Source: Perkinsus chesapeaki ATCC PRA-425 (lineage: Eukaryota > Protista > Perkinsozoa). From it: DNA of 64,000 nucleotides. Shown one piece after another: positions 37,826-56,034 of this stretch (positions are counted from its first letter, which is position 1; the number at the start of each line of letters is the position of its first letter). The translations under genes and the position numbers were made by a program. The notes beneath the pieces were generated by a model that was not told the origin of the DNA, ran no database searches, and was given only the letters and a program-made list of their open reading frames with translations. The stretch is from assembly GCA_013115145.1 (NCBI GenBank), contig JAAPAO010000065.1, forward strand, positions 31,822-95,821, in the 5' to 3' direction.

Positions 37826-38171
37826 CCTGGTCGCACTATTATGAAGCTGTGACTTCTCTTAATGAACTTTTGATTTGAGTTATAAAGTACCAAAGGGTAT
37901 CCTAATCGGCAGCTGTAGGCGATTGCATTCCTCAGAGATGTATTTGGTATTCAACCTCATACCGCTCTGTCCTACCACGAGCGTTGGGATATGGTACTTT
38001 TTTCGGCCCATGTTCACCGTTTCGGGCCATAGTTAAAACTTCCCACGATTGGGAAAGGGTAAAATCAATCGTAGCTTCCCCGGGATTTTCTTCGGTGGCT
38101 TGTATGTATTCCAAAGCTGTTCATCATCATCGTCGATTGCAGGGTTGACTTTGGTAAATTAGTACTTCTTG

Positions 38172-45182
<7,011 letters not shown>

Positions 45183-45556
45183 TGCAGATTTATTCACGTA
45201 TTGCTACTGATATTTGCTGGTAGTAATGTCCATTATAGGTACAATATCCACCGCTTGACTGAACCACAACAATAACCTCACCACGTATTATTCGGTTACA
45301 TTGCTTTATAAGAGGACGCTACTTATAGGTCTCGTTCTATACGAATTGTTGAGTTTCTAGTCGGGATGGTGGGGTCATCGTGTATTGCCTCCTGCCTTAA
45401 CTTTATAACGCAACACTCGCAGTCGAAATTGCAATTACTCGTAACATCACTCAATCGATGAGGCAAAAATACACGCCAAGTACAGCAGACCAGCTTTACG
45501 ATAAATAATACCAATATAAATGTCTTCAGTAAAAAGTAGAATAAAGCGTCTGTCGC

Positions 45557-48164
45557 TTATAGGAAAAAAACCTCGTCATGCCCGTGGTGATGATGGTGAT
45601 GATCGTGGTGGTGGTGGTGATGGTGATCATGACGATCATGATGATGACCACGGAAGTACCAAAAGCCGAGGTCCATACCTCCGCCTTCGCCACCCTTGAA
45701 CCATATCGGGTCCTCAGTAGGCTTGCTCTCCCGAGATTTCTCGGTACTAGCCTCGGCGGTCCCGGGAGTAGAGCCGGCTACTGCACTTGTAGGGTCGGAT
45801 TTCGGAGGAGCTTCACCATGACGTAGAACCGGAGGTTCGTCAATGATCTCGTAGGGGTAGCGGAATAAACTCTCCGTCTCGGCGGCCTTACCGGCGCTAG
45901 TCTCAGTAGCCTTACCGGCGGCAGGCTTAGATTCGGGGACCACCCCTTCGCCAGTTGCTGGAGCTTTGGCCTCGACAGTGCCCGGGACCTGAGTCTCAGG
46001 GGCCTGAGCCTCGGTAACCTCAAGGGCTTTGGCCGCAAGAGCCTTGGGAGCCTTCTTCTCGGTAGTCTCAGGACCCTCAGTCTTAGTAGCCTTCTCGGCA
46101 GCCTCAGGACCCTTAGTCTTAGTAGCCTTCTCGGCAGTCTCAGGACCCTTAGTCTTAGTAGCCTTCTCGGCAGCCTCAGGACCCTTAGTCTTAGTAGCCT
46201 TCTCGGCAGTCTCAGGACCCTTAGNNNNNNNNNNNNNNNNNNNNNNNNNNNNNNNNNNNNNNNNNNNNNNNNNNNNNNNNNNNNNNNNNNNNNNNNNNNN
46301 NNNNNNNNNNNNNNNNNNNNNNNGTCTTAGGAGCCTGCTCAGGAGCTTCGGCCTTAGGAGCCGTCTCGGTAGTCTCAGGAGCTTCGGCCTTAGGAGCCGT
46401 CTCGGTAGTCTCAGGAGCTTCGGCCTTAGGAACCGTCTCGGTAGTCTCAGGAGCTGCAGCCTTAGGAACCGTCTCGGTAGTCTCAGGAGCTTCGGCCTTA
46501 GGAGCCTTTTCTTCGGCAGCCTCAGCCTTAGTAGACTTTTCCTCGACAGCCTCAGCCTTAGGAGGCTTTTCCTCAGTGGTCTCAGGAGCCGCAGCCTTAG
46601 GAGCCGCCGCCTCAGGAGTTTCGGCCTTAGGAGTCTTGGCCTCGGCGGATTCGGGAGACTTGGACGTAATAGTTCCACTTGGTGCTACCTCCTGGCTACC
46701 AACCTTCGCAGAGCCTTGACCACGAAGATAAGGGCAAGTGGGCTTCACAGGAGTTTCCTCGGTAACTTCCTCCGACTCGGGGGACATGGCCTGTCTCGGC
46801 TTGCTCTCCTTCCCTGTAGACTCCCCTTCGGCTTCTGGAAAGAGTTTCCTCTCCGCCGTGCCTTCAGTTCTTGGTGATGTCGGCAAAGTTGACACTGCAC
46901 CACCATGCAGCTCTTCAGACTCTGGTGACATTGCAATGCCCTCAGAGTGTTTGGGGTGGGACACCTCGGGGATGGTCTCCGCCTTTGCAGGTGCCTTCTC
47001 TTCAACAGGGTCTGCTTCGCTTGGCCCGGCTTCGGTCTCTGGATCCTTGGCTTTCCCTGCGGTCTTCACTTCTTCTGTTGGCTCCGAGGGCTTCGGCGGG
47101 TAGGTGGCCTTTTCCTCGACCACTGACTTCTGTGCCAGCGCCTCCTTGGGCTCGGCCTTAACTGGCTCCTCAGTGAGCTCGGCCTTGACTGGCTCCTCCT
47201 CAGGCTCCTCCTTGGGCTCGGCCTTGACGGGATCCTCGGTGGGTTCGGCCTTGACTGCCTCTTCGGTGGGCTCGGCCTTGACTGGCTCCTCGGTGGGCTC
47301 GGCCTTGACTGGCTCCTCGGTGGGCTCGGCCTTGACTGGCTCCTCGGTGGGTTCGGCCTTGACTGGCTCCTCCTTGGGCTCGGCCTTGACTGGCTCCTCC
47401 TTGGGCTCGGCCTTGACTGGCTCCTCGGTGGGTTCGGCCTTGACTGGCTCCTCCTTGGGCTCGGCCTTGACTGGCTCTTCCTTGACTGGCTCCTCCTTGG
47501 GCTCGGCCTTGACTGGCTCCTCGGTGGGTTCGGCCTTGACCGACTCCTCCTTGGGTTCGGCCTTGGTGGTCTCCTCCTTGGGCTCGGCCTTGACTGGCTC
47601 CTCCTTGGGTTCGGCCTTGACTGACTCCTCCTTGGGCTCGGCCTTGACTGGCTCTTCCGTTGGCTCGGTCTCTCGGGCGGACCCCGTCGTTCCTTCCGCA
47701 CGCTTCTCTTGCAGGACGCGTTGCTCTTCAAGTTTCTTCTCTGCAATTTCTCTTGCTTGTGTATCAGGTTCCTTCACCACTGGCACCACAGGCACACTGA
47801 TATCCTCCACAGGCTTCAACGTCGGTGTCGGGGTAGTGGCAGTAGTACCAACATCGGGCACCTCGCTCTTCGCCTCAGTCGTTGAGCACTCAAGTGGTTC
47901 AGCGTTAGGACAGTCGCCATCGGCTGCTCTGAAGCAAGGCTTATTATTTCCATCGCCCATGAAGAGGCCATCACAGATGCCGTTGGAGTTGCAGAAGGAC
48001 GTTTCGCAGCCCAAAGCTTTACCACATGCATCCGCGCAGGGATTGGGTGTGACACCGTTGGCAAGGGACCACGCAGAGGCCTTTTCGAAGCCGACCTTGG
48101 CACCATCGCAGCCGAGGAAAATAACGGAGAAGCAGCATAGGGAAAAGTTGAATAGAAACGACAT
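45557..48164 (-). CDS. Secreted or surface protein: signal peptide, Cys-rich domain, Pro/Glu/Lys/Thr tandem repeats and a His-rich C-terminus (intronless; spans an N gap)
   Basis: MSFLFNFSLCCFSVIFLGCDG; CADACGKALGCETSFCNSNGICDGLF...CFRAADGDCPNAEPLEC; (EEPVKAEPK/T)n, (KAEAPETTETAP)n and (KATKTKGPEAAE)n; ends GHHHDRHDHHHHHHHDHHHHHHGHDEVFFL*. Continuity across the gap at 46225-46322 is inferred. Confidence 0.8.
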
Positions 48165-49446
48165 TTTGATATGTATTAAGAAAACCCTGAAAATGGTAGG
48201 CTCACGGACTTCATGAAGTTGTGCTGTATTATTGCACATGAACAAGACACTGCCAAAAGTGGGCGCCCTGACCTTTTACCGAATCCTTGGGCCTTTTGTT
48301 GCCTAACATACAAGGCTGAACGACGCTAGTACTGGACCGCATTTAATTTATACAAGTGAGTTGCTTGAAGGAAAAACTTTCGATCAAGTCACGTTGAGAC
48401 CCAAATCGTGTTCGGATATCCTAGTGTGCATGCGTGCAAGGCGATCTGGAAGGCAACTACCCAAAAGGGAAAAGTGAACTATCGATTGGAGCCTAATAAG
48501 CCTCATTGGGCATGCTCTCCATTGACTCGGTAAACAGTAACAGTAATGCTTAACTCTCCAGCAATATAATGGAAAAGGCAGATGTAGACTGATGGGGTGT
48601 TCAAGTGTTGCTCTTGCGCACTGTGTCACCGGGGCCAACGCAGATATCCTAAGCCGTTTCACACAGGCGGCATGCTGCCTTCGCTCGCCTAAGAGTGTAG
48701 AGGTCCCGATACACCGGGGTAGGCCCCTAGCAAGTTCCCGACGTCATTCGTGAGAGCCCTGTATCATTCCGTGTCCCAAGAGCGGGCATAATGCGGAGTG
48801 GTTCAGGAAGTTCTTCAAATGGACTAGTGGTGTTGTAGCGTCACGCTGGGATTGAAATTATACTACTACTCAGACGTGTAGTGGGTTTACATCTTCGTAT
48901 CATTTTACATCATAAGTATTGTTCGTATCCCGAGGTCGAACCCAAATTGTTGACCGACTACTACGTTAGTCATTGGACTCCAGCTGGACAGAGAGCTGGG
49001 ATATGGACTTGCACGCGTGCGCATCTCTCCGTTTCTTGTAATGAAATTCTTCTTACGTAAGCAAGTCTCTCGATATGTCTATGTCATAAACTTTATGATT
49101 GCTCCCTTAATGAGATCACACGGGACTTATCACTGTTATCACCCCATCATCCCGTGACACAATCTCTGTCTTCTTTCCTCAGCATGTGCTAGTAGCTGAT
49201 GACTCCCAATTGAGAGCGAATACAAGTAAAAAGCCTTTAACTTACCGATGTATGCCGGGGTAAGGATAGCTCTCCGAAGGGCTTCAGGTGGGGTGGTTTT
49301 CGTTTCGTGAACTGCCTCACAGGAGTAGTACTTTACACCGGAAATGTCAGTCCGGTATATCTCCTTTAACTTCTTCAGCAACTCTGATCTTCAAAATACT
49401 CAGAATTCGTTGCCATACCTCAGCCAGCGCACGATATGCGCCGCAT

Positions 49447-50820
49447 ATGATGCTTACCGCTTTGGAGGATTGCTTTTTTACAGCTCAAATGGCCTTTCTA
49501 CCGACCTTCGTAACATCTACACTTCAAGTGCTCCAAGAGACGCTCATCGAAACCGTCTCCGCGTCGGACCTCTGGGTGAACCTGGTGTACTTTGTGTATT
49601 GGATTATCATAAAGTTAGATCTACTCCGGATAAATGTAGAGCGCAGGTTCCTCGGTCGGTGGCCCACCGAGCCCATGGTGAAAGCGCTACGTTCCTGCGG
49701 GATGGCCCCCGCGTCCGACGATACTGCGCTGTCGGGTGGCTATGTCGGAGCGGTCAGGAAAGTCCAGCTGAAGCCCAGTACGGATAAGCCAAATAGTGTT
49801 GTGGTCAAAAGTGTTCCGGAATCCTTCAAAGCTCGCATGTTCGCTGGTATGTTCGGAACTAGCCAACGTGAAGCACGCTTCTACAAGGAAGTAGCTGACA
49901 CCTTGCCGGTGCCTATCCCGGAGGTCTACTTCAGTGAGTGGTCTCGCGCCAGAGGTTTCGAACTAATCATAATGGAAAACATCGACGGCGGCGTTTTGCT
50001 CTCTGATGAGCTGAAGAATAATAAAGACCCCAAGGGTTTAGTTTCGGAAGCAATGCGGGTTGCCGCCCGGATGCATGCAAAGTACTGGGGTGCAACCCCC
50101 TCCACTCTGGCAAAGTCTAGTTTGGGTAAATATCCCTGGCTTAAAGGTTATGACTACATTCAAGGCAGAAATAAGGGAATGTATCAGTACTATAAAGGCA
50201 TCATCTCATCTTTTTGGGATAAAGTGAAGATGGCTATCACGGAGGGAAGGATCGGAGACCGCCAATACGATGTCAAATGGAGTCGAGAGCTGGTGGAGTT
50301 TATTGATAAGGCAATTGAAGATTCTACTTGGGATGCTTATCAGAAATATCTGAAAACTCATAAACATCCTTTGACTTTGGTTCATGGCGATTATCATGCT
50401 GGTAATCAGTTGTGGGTCGAGACGACGAAGAAACTTTACACGGTCGACTGGTCTGACGTATCCGTGGGTGAAGGTCCTGCTGATATTGCTCAGTTTTGCA
50501 TCTCTAATGTGAAGACAGATGATCGCCGTAAATGGGAGGATGACCTGATTCGCGTGTATTGGAATGAGCTCGGCGCGCAAGGAGTGGATCACTCTTGCTA
50601 TCCCCTCTCTATGTGCCGTGAGGCTTATGCTCGTGGTGGCATCGATCGTTTCGTGCAGCTCCTCATTCTGATGGCAGCTTGTGGTGTGGATTATCCGACG
50701 GTCTTGCCCGATGCTTTCATGCAGTACTTCGTTGATCAAGTTGATGATTTCATTTCGGATCACAAGAATTATTGCAACTCGCCGTACTTGCTAACCATAA
50801 CATATGATGCTCCGTGGTGA
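49447..50820 (+). CDS. EcKL/APH/choline-kinase-like small-molecule phosphotransferase with a hydrophobic N-terminus (intronless)
   Basis: SVVVK, REARFY, LIIMENI, AARMHAKYW, Brenner motif LVHGDYHAGNQLW, VDW and GPADIAQF. Start placed at the first in-frame ATG. Confidence 0.85.
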   Translation: MMLTALEDCFFTAQMAFLPTFVTSTLQVLQETLIETVSASDLWVNLVYFVYWIIIKLDLLRINVERRFLGRWPTEPMVKALRSCGMAPASDDTALSGGYVGAVRKVQLKPSTDKPNSVVVKSVPESFKARMFAGMFGTSQREARFYKEVADTLPVPIPEVYFSEWSRARGFELIIMENIDGGVLLSDELKNNKDPKGLVSEAMRVAARMHAKYWGATPSTLAKSSLGKYPWLKGYDYIQGRNKGMYQYYKGIISSFWDKVKMAITEGRIGDRQYDVKWSRELVEFIDKAIEDSTWDAYQKYLKTHKHPLTLVHGDYHAGNQLWVETTKKLYTVDWSDVSVGEGPADIAQFCISNVKTDDRRKWEDDLIRVYWNELGAQGVDHSCYPLSMCREAYARGGIDRFVQLLILMAACGVDYPTVLPDAFMQYFVDQVDDFISDHKNYCNSPYLLTITYDAPW

Positions 50821-52977
50821 ACTTCATATTAACCACTGATCAGTTTCCCCACCACTATTCATTGTTGTTGTCAAGGGCGTGTACAGAGCCATGAACCATA
50901 ACCCGTATTGTAACTATCATCTCGATAGTGTGATATTCACTGCACTGCCATCCGCGTCAGTAAAAGCGTATTCTTGAAAAAACACGAGGTCAGTGGTATG
51001 ATGATGACGAGGTATGATTATGATTGACGACGCCTAGTGATAAGGATCCCAAGACACCAGATGATCTGCACCAATACAGCCACCAAGGTGTCGCACTCTT
51101 TCAATCTACGACCGGTCCGTTCACGAAATACTAAATACTGAGAATATCTTTTCAATTGTCAATATTAACAAATGACACAGTCGAGATTACAGACATCGAA
51201 TGCTAACCAACTTGGACAACATACAATCCAGCAGTCAGTCCATAATCTGGTATCGAGAATCCATTCCACATCGGATTTTGCTCGATTCAAAAGTAGGCAA
51301 ATTTCCGGAAATCAATATTCGTCGAGTGTCAGCAAGAGCCTCCGACCCAAGGATTATTAAAAGGCGTAGGAAACCCCGACATAGCTGATAGTAAACTGCG
51401 CAACTATGCTGGACAGTGCGGAGATAACCATTCTCAGCTCCCTACACTGACTGTATTAATACAGTACCTAAGTCACACCGCAACTAATCTTGAACTAGTA
51501 CACGTAGAGTGACGGCCATTCAATGACCTAGTCTATTCTAACAATTGTTCTAATAATTATGCATTTTCTTCTCTACATATTCAACTTTCTCGAGACAATG
51601 CTGATTTTGGAGCCGAACGCAAATATGTTTATTGCATGATAAAGGTCAAACAGCTCAACGTGGCCTTTGCGCCCACCTTCAAACCGTCTTCATGAGGCTT
51701 CATCCAAAACAGGGCACATCTTGAGTGGCGGCTAATGGGCGCAGCACAACGAACTACACCGAATGAGGCTCGTAGCTCTGCTGCCTGCATAGTTGAGAAT
51801 CGTTTATCTTCCATTCCACGACGACCACTCTAGAGTCTGAGACGTGCTGGCCTTATCTGTTCTTGCTTCCGCTCGTGCTCTGCGTTACTACGGACGTTTA
51901 GTCGCCTAACGATGAGCCCCGGAGTGTCTCATCTCCTTGAGGAAAAATGGTCGGGCTCCAAGTCGCTGCATGGTGGAGCCTCCAACGTGACTCAGAACGG
52001 GTGAATGATTCACCGTGAATCCTGTTTTGGAGGGCAATTGTGTTTCTTGCAGGGCACTGTTTTTGCTCGTCGTGCTAGCAAAAGGACTCTCACATACTGT
52101 GCGGGGTTCATACTGTGTGTGGGTTTTGGGGATTCCGTTAGCCATCCATTCAGGTTTGGTTAACTTCCTAACCACAGGCGCTTTCACATTATCGGAACAG
52201 CAGACCGAAAATGTGAAGAATGGCTGCCCGTCAACATGATCTCATATGAACAAGTACTGTACTTGAATTACAGTGTCCCCAATTTGTCATACTGCGTGTG
52301 GTCGCGAAGTAATACTGTATAATATTACGGATATTCCAAACACAATGACAGAGACAGAAACAGAGACAAGCAAGCGCTGCCTCGGTGGCGCGGCCGGCCG
52401 TGGCAGACTTTGCGACCAGGTAAACGCCTTATCAAGGCGGCCTTGATACTGATGACTGCCTTACACCATAAGATCCAAATTCAAAGAGGGATAACGACTA
52501 CCATGGAGACAGCACCGCGACAGCTTCGTACCTCCTGCGGTTTGGACAACAGAAGATGAGGGCGCCGGCTGGTGCACCGAACACCGCGCCCGTAACATGG
52601 GTCGAATGTGTGGCAAGTTATACAGTCAATAAAAGGCAATATTGCATCGTTAAAACTGAGCTGAATACATATATTGCACGCCCTCCCGATCTACAACATA
52701 ACATGTGTACTGCAGGGTCTATTGTGTTGGTTCCTCGAAGGTGGCGCTACCGCGAGCCATAGCGCCATCTTGGAGTTCCAGAGTTATCAACGCACGCGTA
52801 CGATTCAGTAGCAAACAAGCACACGGAAGTCAAGACTGAGTTAAGCAATAGGTGTCCCATTCGCTCCTAAACTCCACTGTCGTTCCAAATGTGTGCGATA
52901 ACCGGCTTCTATTATCTCATGTAGGAGCCAACAGTTATCTTGTCCTCACGGTAGGTCTATCTTCGGTTTGCAACACA

Positions 52978-53409
52978 ATGGCCAACAACTCCAACCTTAA
53001 CAGACTTCTAAGTATGGTAGTTCTTCTATGCGGGCTGTGGTCTATGGAATGCCAAACTGGTAGCTATAGTGGGTATACGAAGGAGAAGCAGCAGTGCATA
53101 CAAGTCGACTGATATAATGAACCAACGAAAGTGAGGGCAGTCGTGTTGCACATTCACTGCAGAGGTCGGGTTGTCGATTCACCTGGTCTGGATGTTATCA
53201 AGCTCTTCCCCAGTTATCCGTACAAAATCGCCAAAACCAGCGAGAAGCATTTCGCCACTTTCATGGGAAATGTCTATCAAGGGTGCAACCTCCCGTTCTC
53301 TCCCAGTTACCGTGATGATTTGAGAATATTCTATTACGATCCGGATGATAGTTGGATTAAGGTCGAGTTTCGTGACGAGATGGTCGAGCTAAAGCCAGGA
53401 ACATGCTGA
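52978..53409 (+). pseudogene. Small secreted-type protein gene split by a 1-nt frameshift
   Basis: Signal-like MANNSNLNRLLSMVVLLCGLWS...GSYSGYTKEKQQCIQVD is followed by TGA at 53110. The body continues in another frame (IYEPTKVRAVVLHIHC...DDLRIFYYDPDDSWIKVEF...LKPGTC*). One inserted G (TG->TGG) fuses the two. Confidence 0.55.
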
Positions 53410-54364
53410 TATAACTAAACTGGTTATGACTTGTATGGAGATTGTCAACTCTTCTCGAGCAAAGCATATAGTCATTACTTGAAATCCCCGGTCTCCTAGA
53501 CTATGTGGGTTAAGAATTTTTTAGTTTTATTTCACTACTCGATTCATTTGGCCAGCGGTTCTGATTGATAACGAGGTGCAATGCTGAGTGGCCGTTCATC
53601 TGCCAACCCCATCGGAAATGCGTGTCACAGTTCACTAGTAGTGATGTGCAGAAGCCTAGGCGAAGATATATTAGTTCGAGACATAGACTCCGTCCCATCT
53701 TTCCTATCCTTTCCACAACGAGTTGTGTTACCATAGTAAATGATTTATTATAGGCTCAGGCAGTGTAAGCATGTCATATTTAAAAGATGACGCTGTAACA
53801 CTTCCTGAAAATTTAAAGTAATACATCTTCCTGTTTCAAAACCCGAATGATGGGAGTCGATGTGCAGTGGTTTCTAGGTCTTATGAGAAAGCATACCTCA
53901 GACACTTACAGAACGGTCATCGAAAGGACTTGCTGAGTTCATTTCGTATAGCCTGATCGAGTTTAGCGCGTCATCAATGATCTGGTAGCCAGATTCTGGT
54001 TTAGTGACATCAAACCGGCGAGGGCTCGACTAGTCGCTCCCTTGTATACAGTATTGCTAGACTGGTCGACCTGTTGTCATGACCTCCGACCTTCTGAGTC
54101 CGCGGCGACCCCCCTGAGAGTGATATCCCCGCGAGGGGGCGTCAGAGCACAGTGGAGCCGGTTTTGGGTTACCCAGGCGGGCTTCGTTGTGATTCAGGCT
54201 GTGGCTCGTCGATAAGAACCCTGATTGACTATGGAGGCCAACGCAAACGTTAATGATAATAACCTCGATAACCACTCTTTCTAGATAGGGTGATTCTTCT
54301 CCAAAACTTGAAGCCAACAAATCGTCACGCCCGAATATAACAGAGAACTGTGAGGGTAAAGCCT

Positions 54365-55999
54365 CTATTTCACAGCATCTGAAATACCCTCAGATTTACG
54401 TTGATTGTCGAAGAAGCGTTTATATGGTGAGCCAACTATAGCGGAGGTACATTGATCCCGTGGCAATAGTAACTCATCCATAGGCGAATCTGGAAGAAGC
54501 CAGAGGAAACCGAGGGGAATGAGTTGAACAAGTATGCATATTAATGAAACTATCCAAAGATTATCGAACTGTGCAGACTCGTCTATTCCTGGGAAGCCAC
54601 GGGGAGAGACGTGAAGGCTTTTACTGATGTACGCGGTCGTAGAGCCTGTTCCTAAAGATGCGAAGTTTTGTATGGCAGCAAGCAACGCAAACATCATCCC
54701 TTCAAGATTCTTCGGGCACATATATGACAACATGAGGAAGCCTGGCATATAGATGAGTAGTTGGCCTACTTGAACAAGGGCGGTGCTGCCAACCACGAAC
54801 ACCTTGTCTGGGATACCTATCTTGAGATTGACTCGGGAATAAATAATAGGGTCTCCCAGTTGCAGGATTACCATGACAATGATAATAACCAAGTAAGTTC
54901 GGCGATATGTCCATGAAGACATGAAGCGAGTGAAAATGATAACACCAATGACCCCGGCAAGGATACCGACCGTATTGACAACCGAGCCATAATAAAATGG
55001 GGAGAGGTTAGGTCCACCGGGGAATTGAACAGCATCATCTGTGAAAAAGTATTGGGCTGGTCCCGATGGTCGTAAAAGTGTTATACCAGTTAGGCATTTG
55101 AATATGAGCAGTTTTCCTAAGATGGGCCTAAGCACCATCCACGATGCGAACGCTACAAGGACCAATAATAAGCACAATATAATGAAGTTAGCTACGTATG
55201 AAGCAACGATTATCGAAAATACAGAATACATCACTGCCACGGTTCCGACCAGAATTGAAAGGAACACCAATTCACGCTGCTCATTCCAAAGCTTCTTCCT
55301 CTCATTGTGCGAATCCTCTGAACTCCATTTCTCCTCACCGAAGTAGTTTAGTAAGACTGGTATTATCAATACAATAGATGGAATGATTGTCGTAGCCAAC
55401 GCCCATTGTGAACCGGTATGACCACCAAGCTTAGGAGCGTATTGAACAATAACTCCGGAGAGAAGGCCGGCAACCAATCCAAGAATCTTTTGGCCAGCAG
55501 TTACATAACCAACCAAAGCTGGCCCATTAGCAGGTGATGATGATATCTTTCTGGAGTAAACAGCTTCCGACAATAAATCACAACATGCTATCCAATAGAA
55601 GATCATCATAAACAAACCGATGACACCCAAAATAACCGTAGACTGCGAAGGTACAATAAGGACGGCCAGTAGTGTTCCAGCCAATCCGATTATCGATCCT
55701 CCGAAGACATAGGGCATTCTCTTATAGCCGAACAAAGGGTAGCAATCAGAGGATAATCCAATCCATGGTTTCATTGCAAATGACATGAATATAATGCTTA
55801 TGTATCGATCCATTAAGGGACCGGGAACATTCATATCCTGAAGGTAAAACCGTACAATACTGTTAACCATAAGTAAGCAATATCCTTTAGGCCAGTGAAC
55901 GGTGAAATGCAGGACGGTCAGTAGTTTCCAACCAAAGTGGCTTGCCAGGTCCCTAAAGAAGATCGAGCACGGGAATCTGCAGACATATCCGGATGTCAT
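54365..55999 (-). CDS. Folate/biopterin transporter, BT1 family (MFS), copy 1, intronless
   Basis: 12-TM pattern; PFA/SFAMKPWIGL.SDCYPLFGYKRMPY, CDLLSEAVYS, YFFTD, MCPKNLEGMMFALLA and FDNLW. The ATG shared with copy 2 (MTSGY) is taken as the start. Confidence 0.92.
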   Translation of the reverse strand: MTSGYVCRFPCSIFFRDLASHFGWKLLTVLHFTVHWPKGYCLLMVNSIVRFYLQDMNVPGPLMDRYISIIFMSFAMKPWIGLSSDCYPLFGYKRMPYVFGGSIIGLAGTLLAVLIVPSQSTVILGVIGLFMMIFYWIACCDLLSEAVYSRKISSSPANGPALVGYVTAGQKILGLVAGLLSGVIVQYAPKLGGHTGSQWALATTIIPSIVLIIPVLLNYFGEEKWSSEDSHNERKKLWNEQRELVFLSILVGTVAVMYSVFSIIVASYVANFIILCLLLVLVAFASWMVLRPILGKLLIFKCLTGITLLRPSGPAQYFFTDDAVQFPGGPNLSPFYYGSVVNTVGILAGVIGVIIFTRFMSSWTYRRTYLVIIIVMVILQLGDPIIYSRVNLKIGIPDKVFVVGSTALVQVGQLLIYMPGFLMLSYMCPKNLEGMMFALLAAIQNFASLGTGSTTAYISKSLHVSPRGFPGIDESAQFDNLWIVSLICILVQLIPLGFLWLLPDSPMDELLLPRDQCTSAIVGSPYKRFFDNQRKSEGISDAVK

Positions 56000-56034
56000 T
56001 GTAAAACAGTAGAGTTTTATACACCTAGTATTCA

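Noticed and set aside
47066-48216. Long alternative-frame ORFs (370-aa Ser/Gly/Thr-rich antisense; 226-aa Arg/Ser/Pro-rich; also 46029-46877)
   Set aside because: Shadows of the repetitive coding frame, whose codons lack stops in other frames.
48628-48657. GANADILSR resembling the LTR RNase H N..AD.LSR motif
   Set aside because: Spacing does not fit and the surrounding frames are closed.
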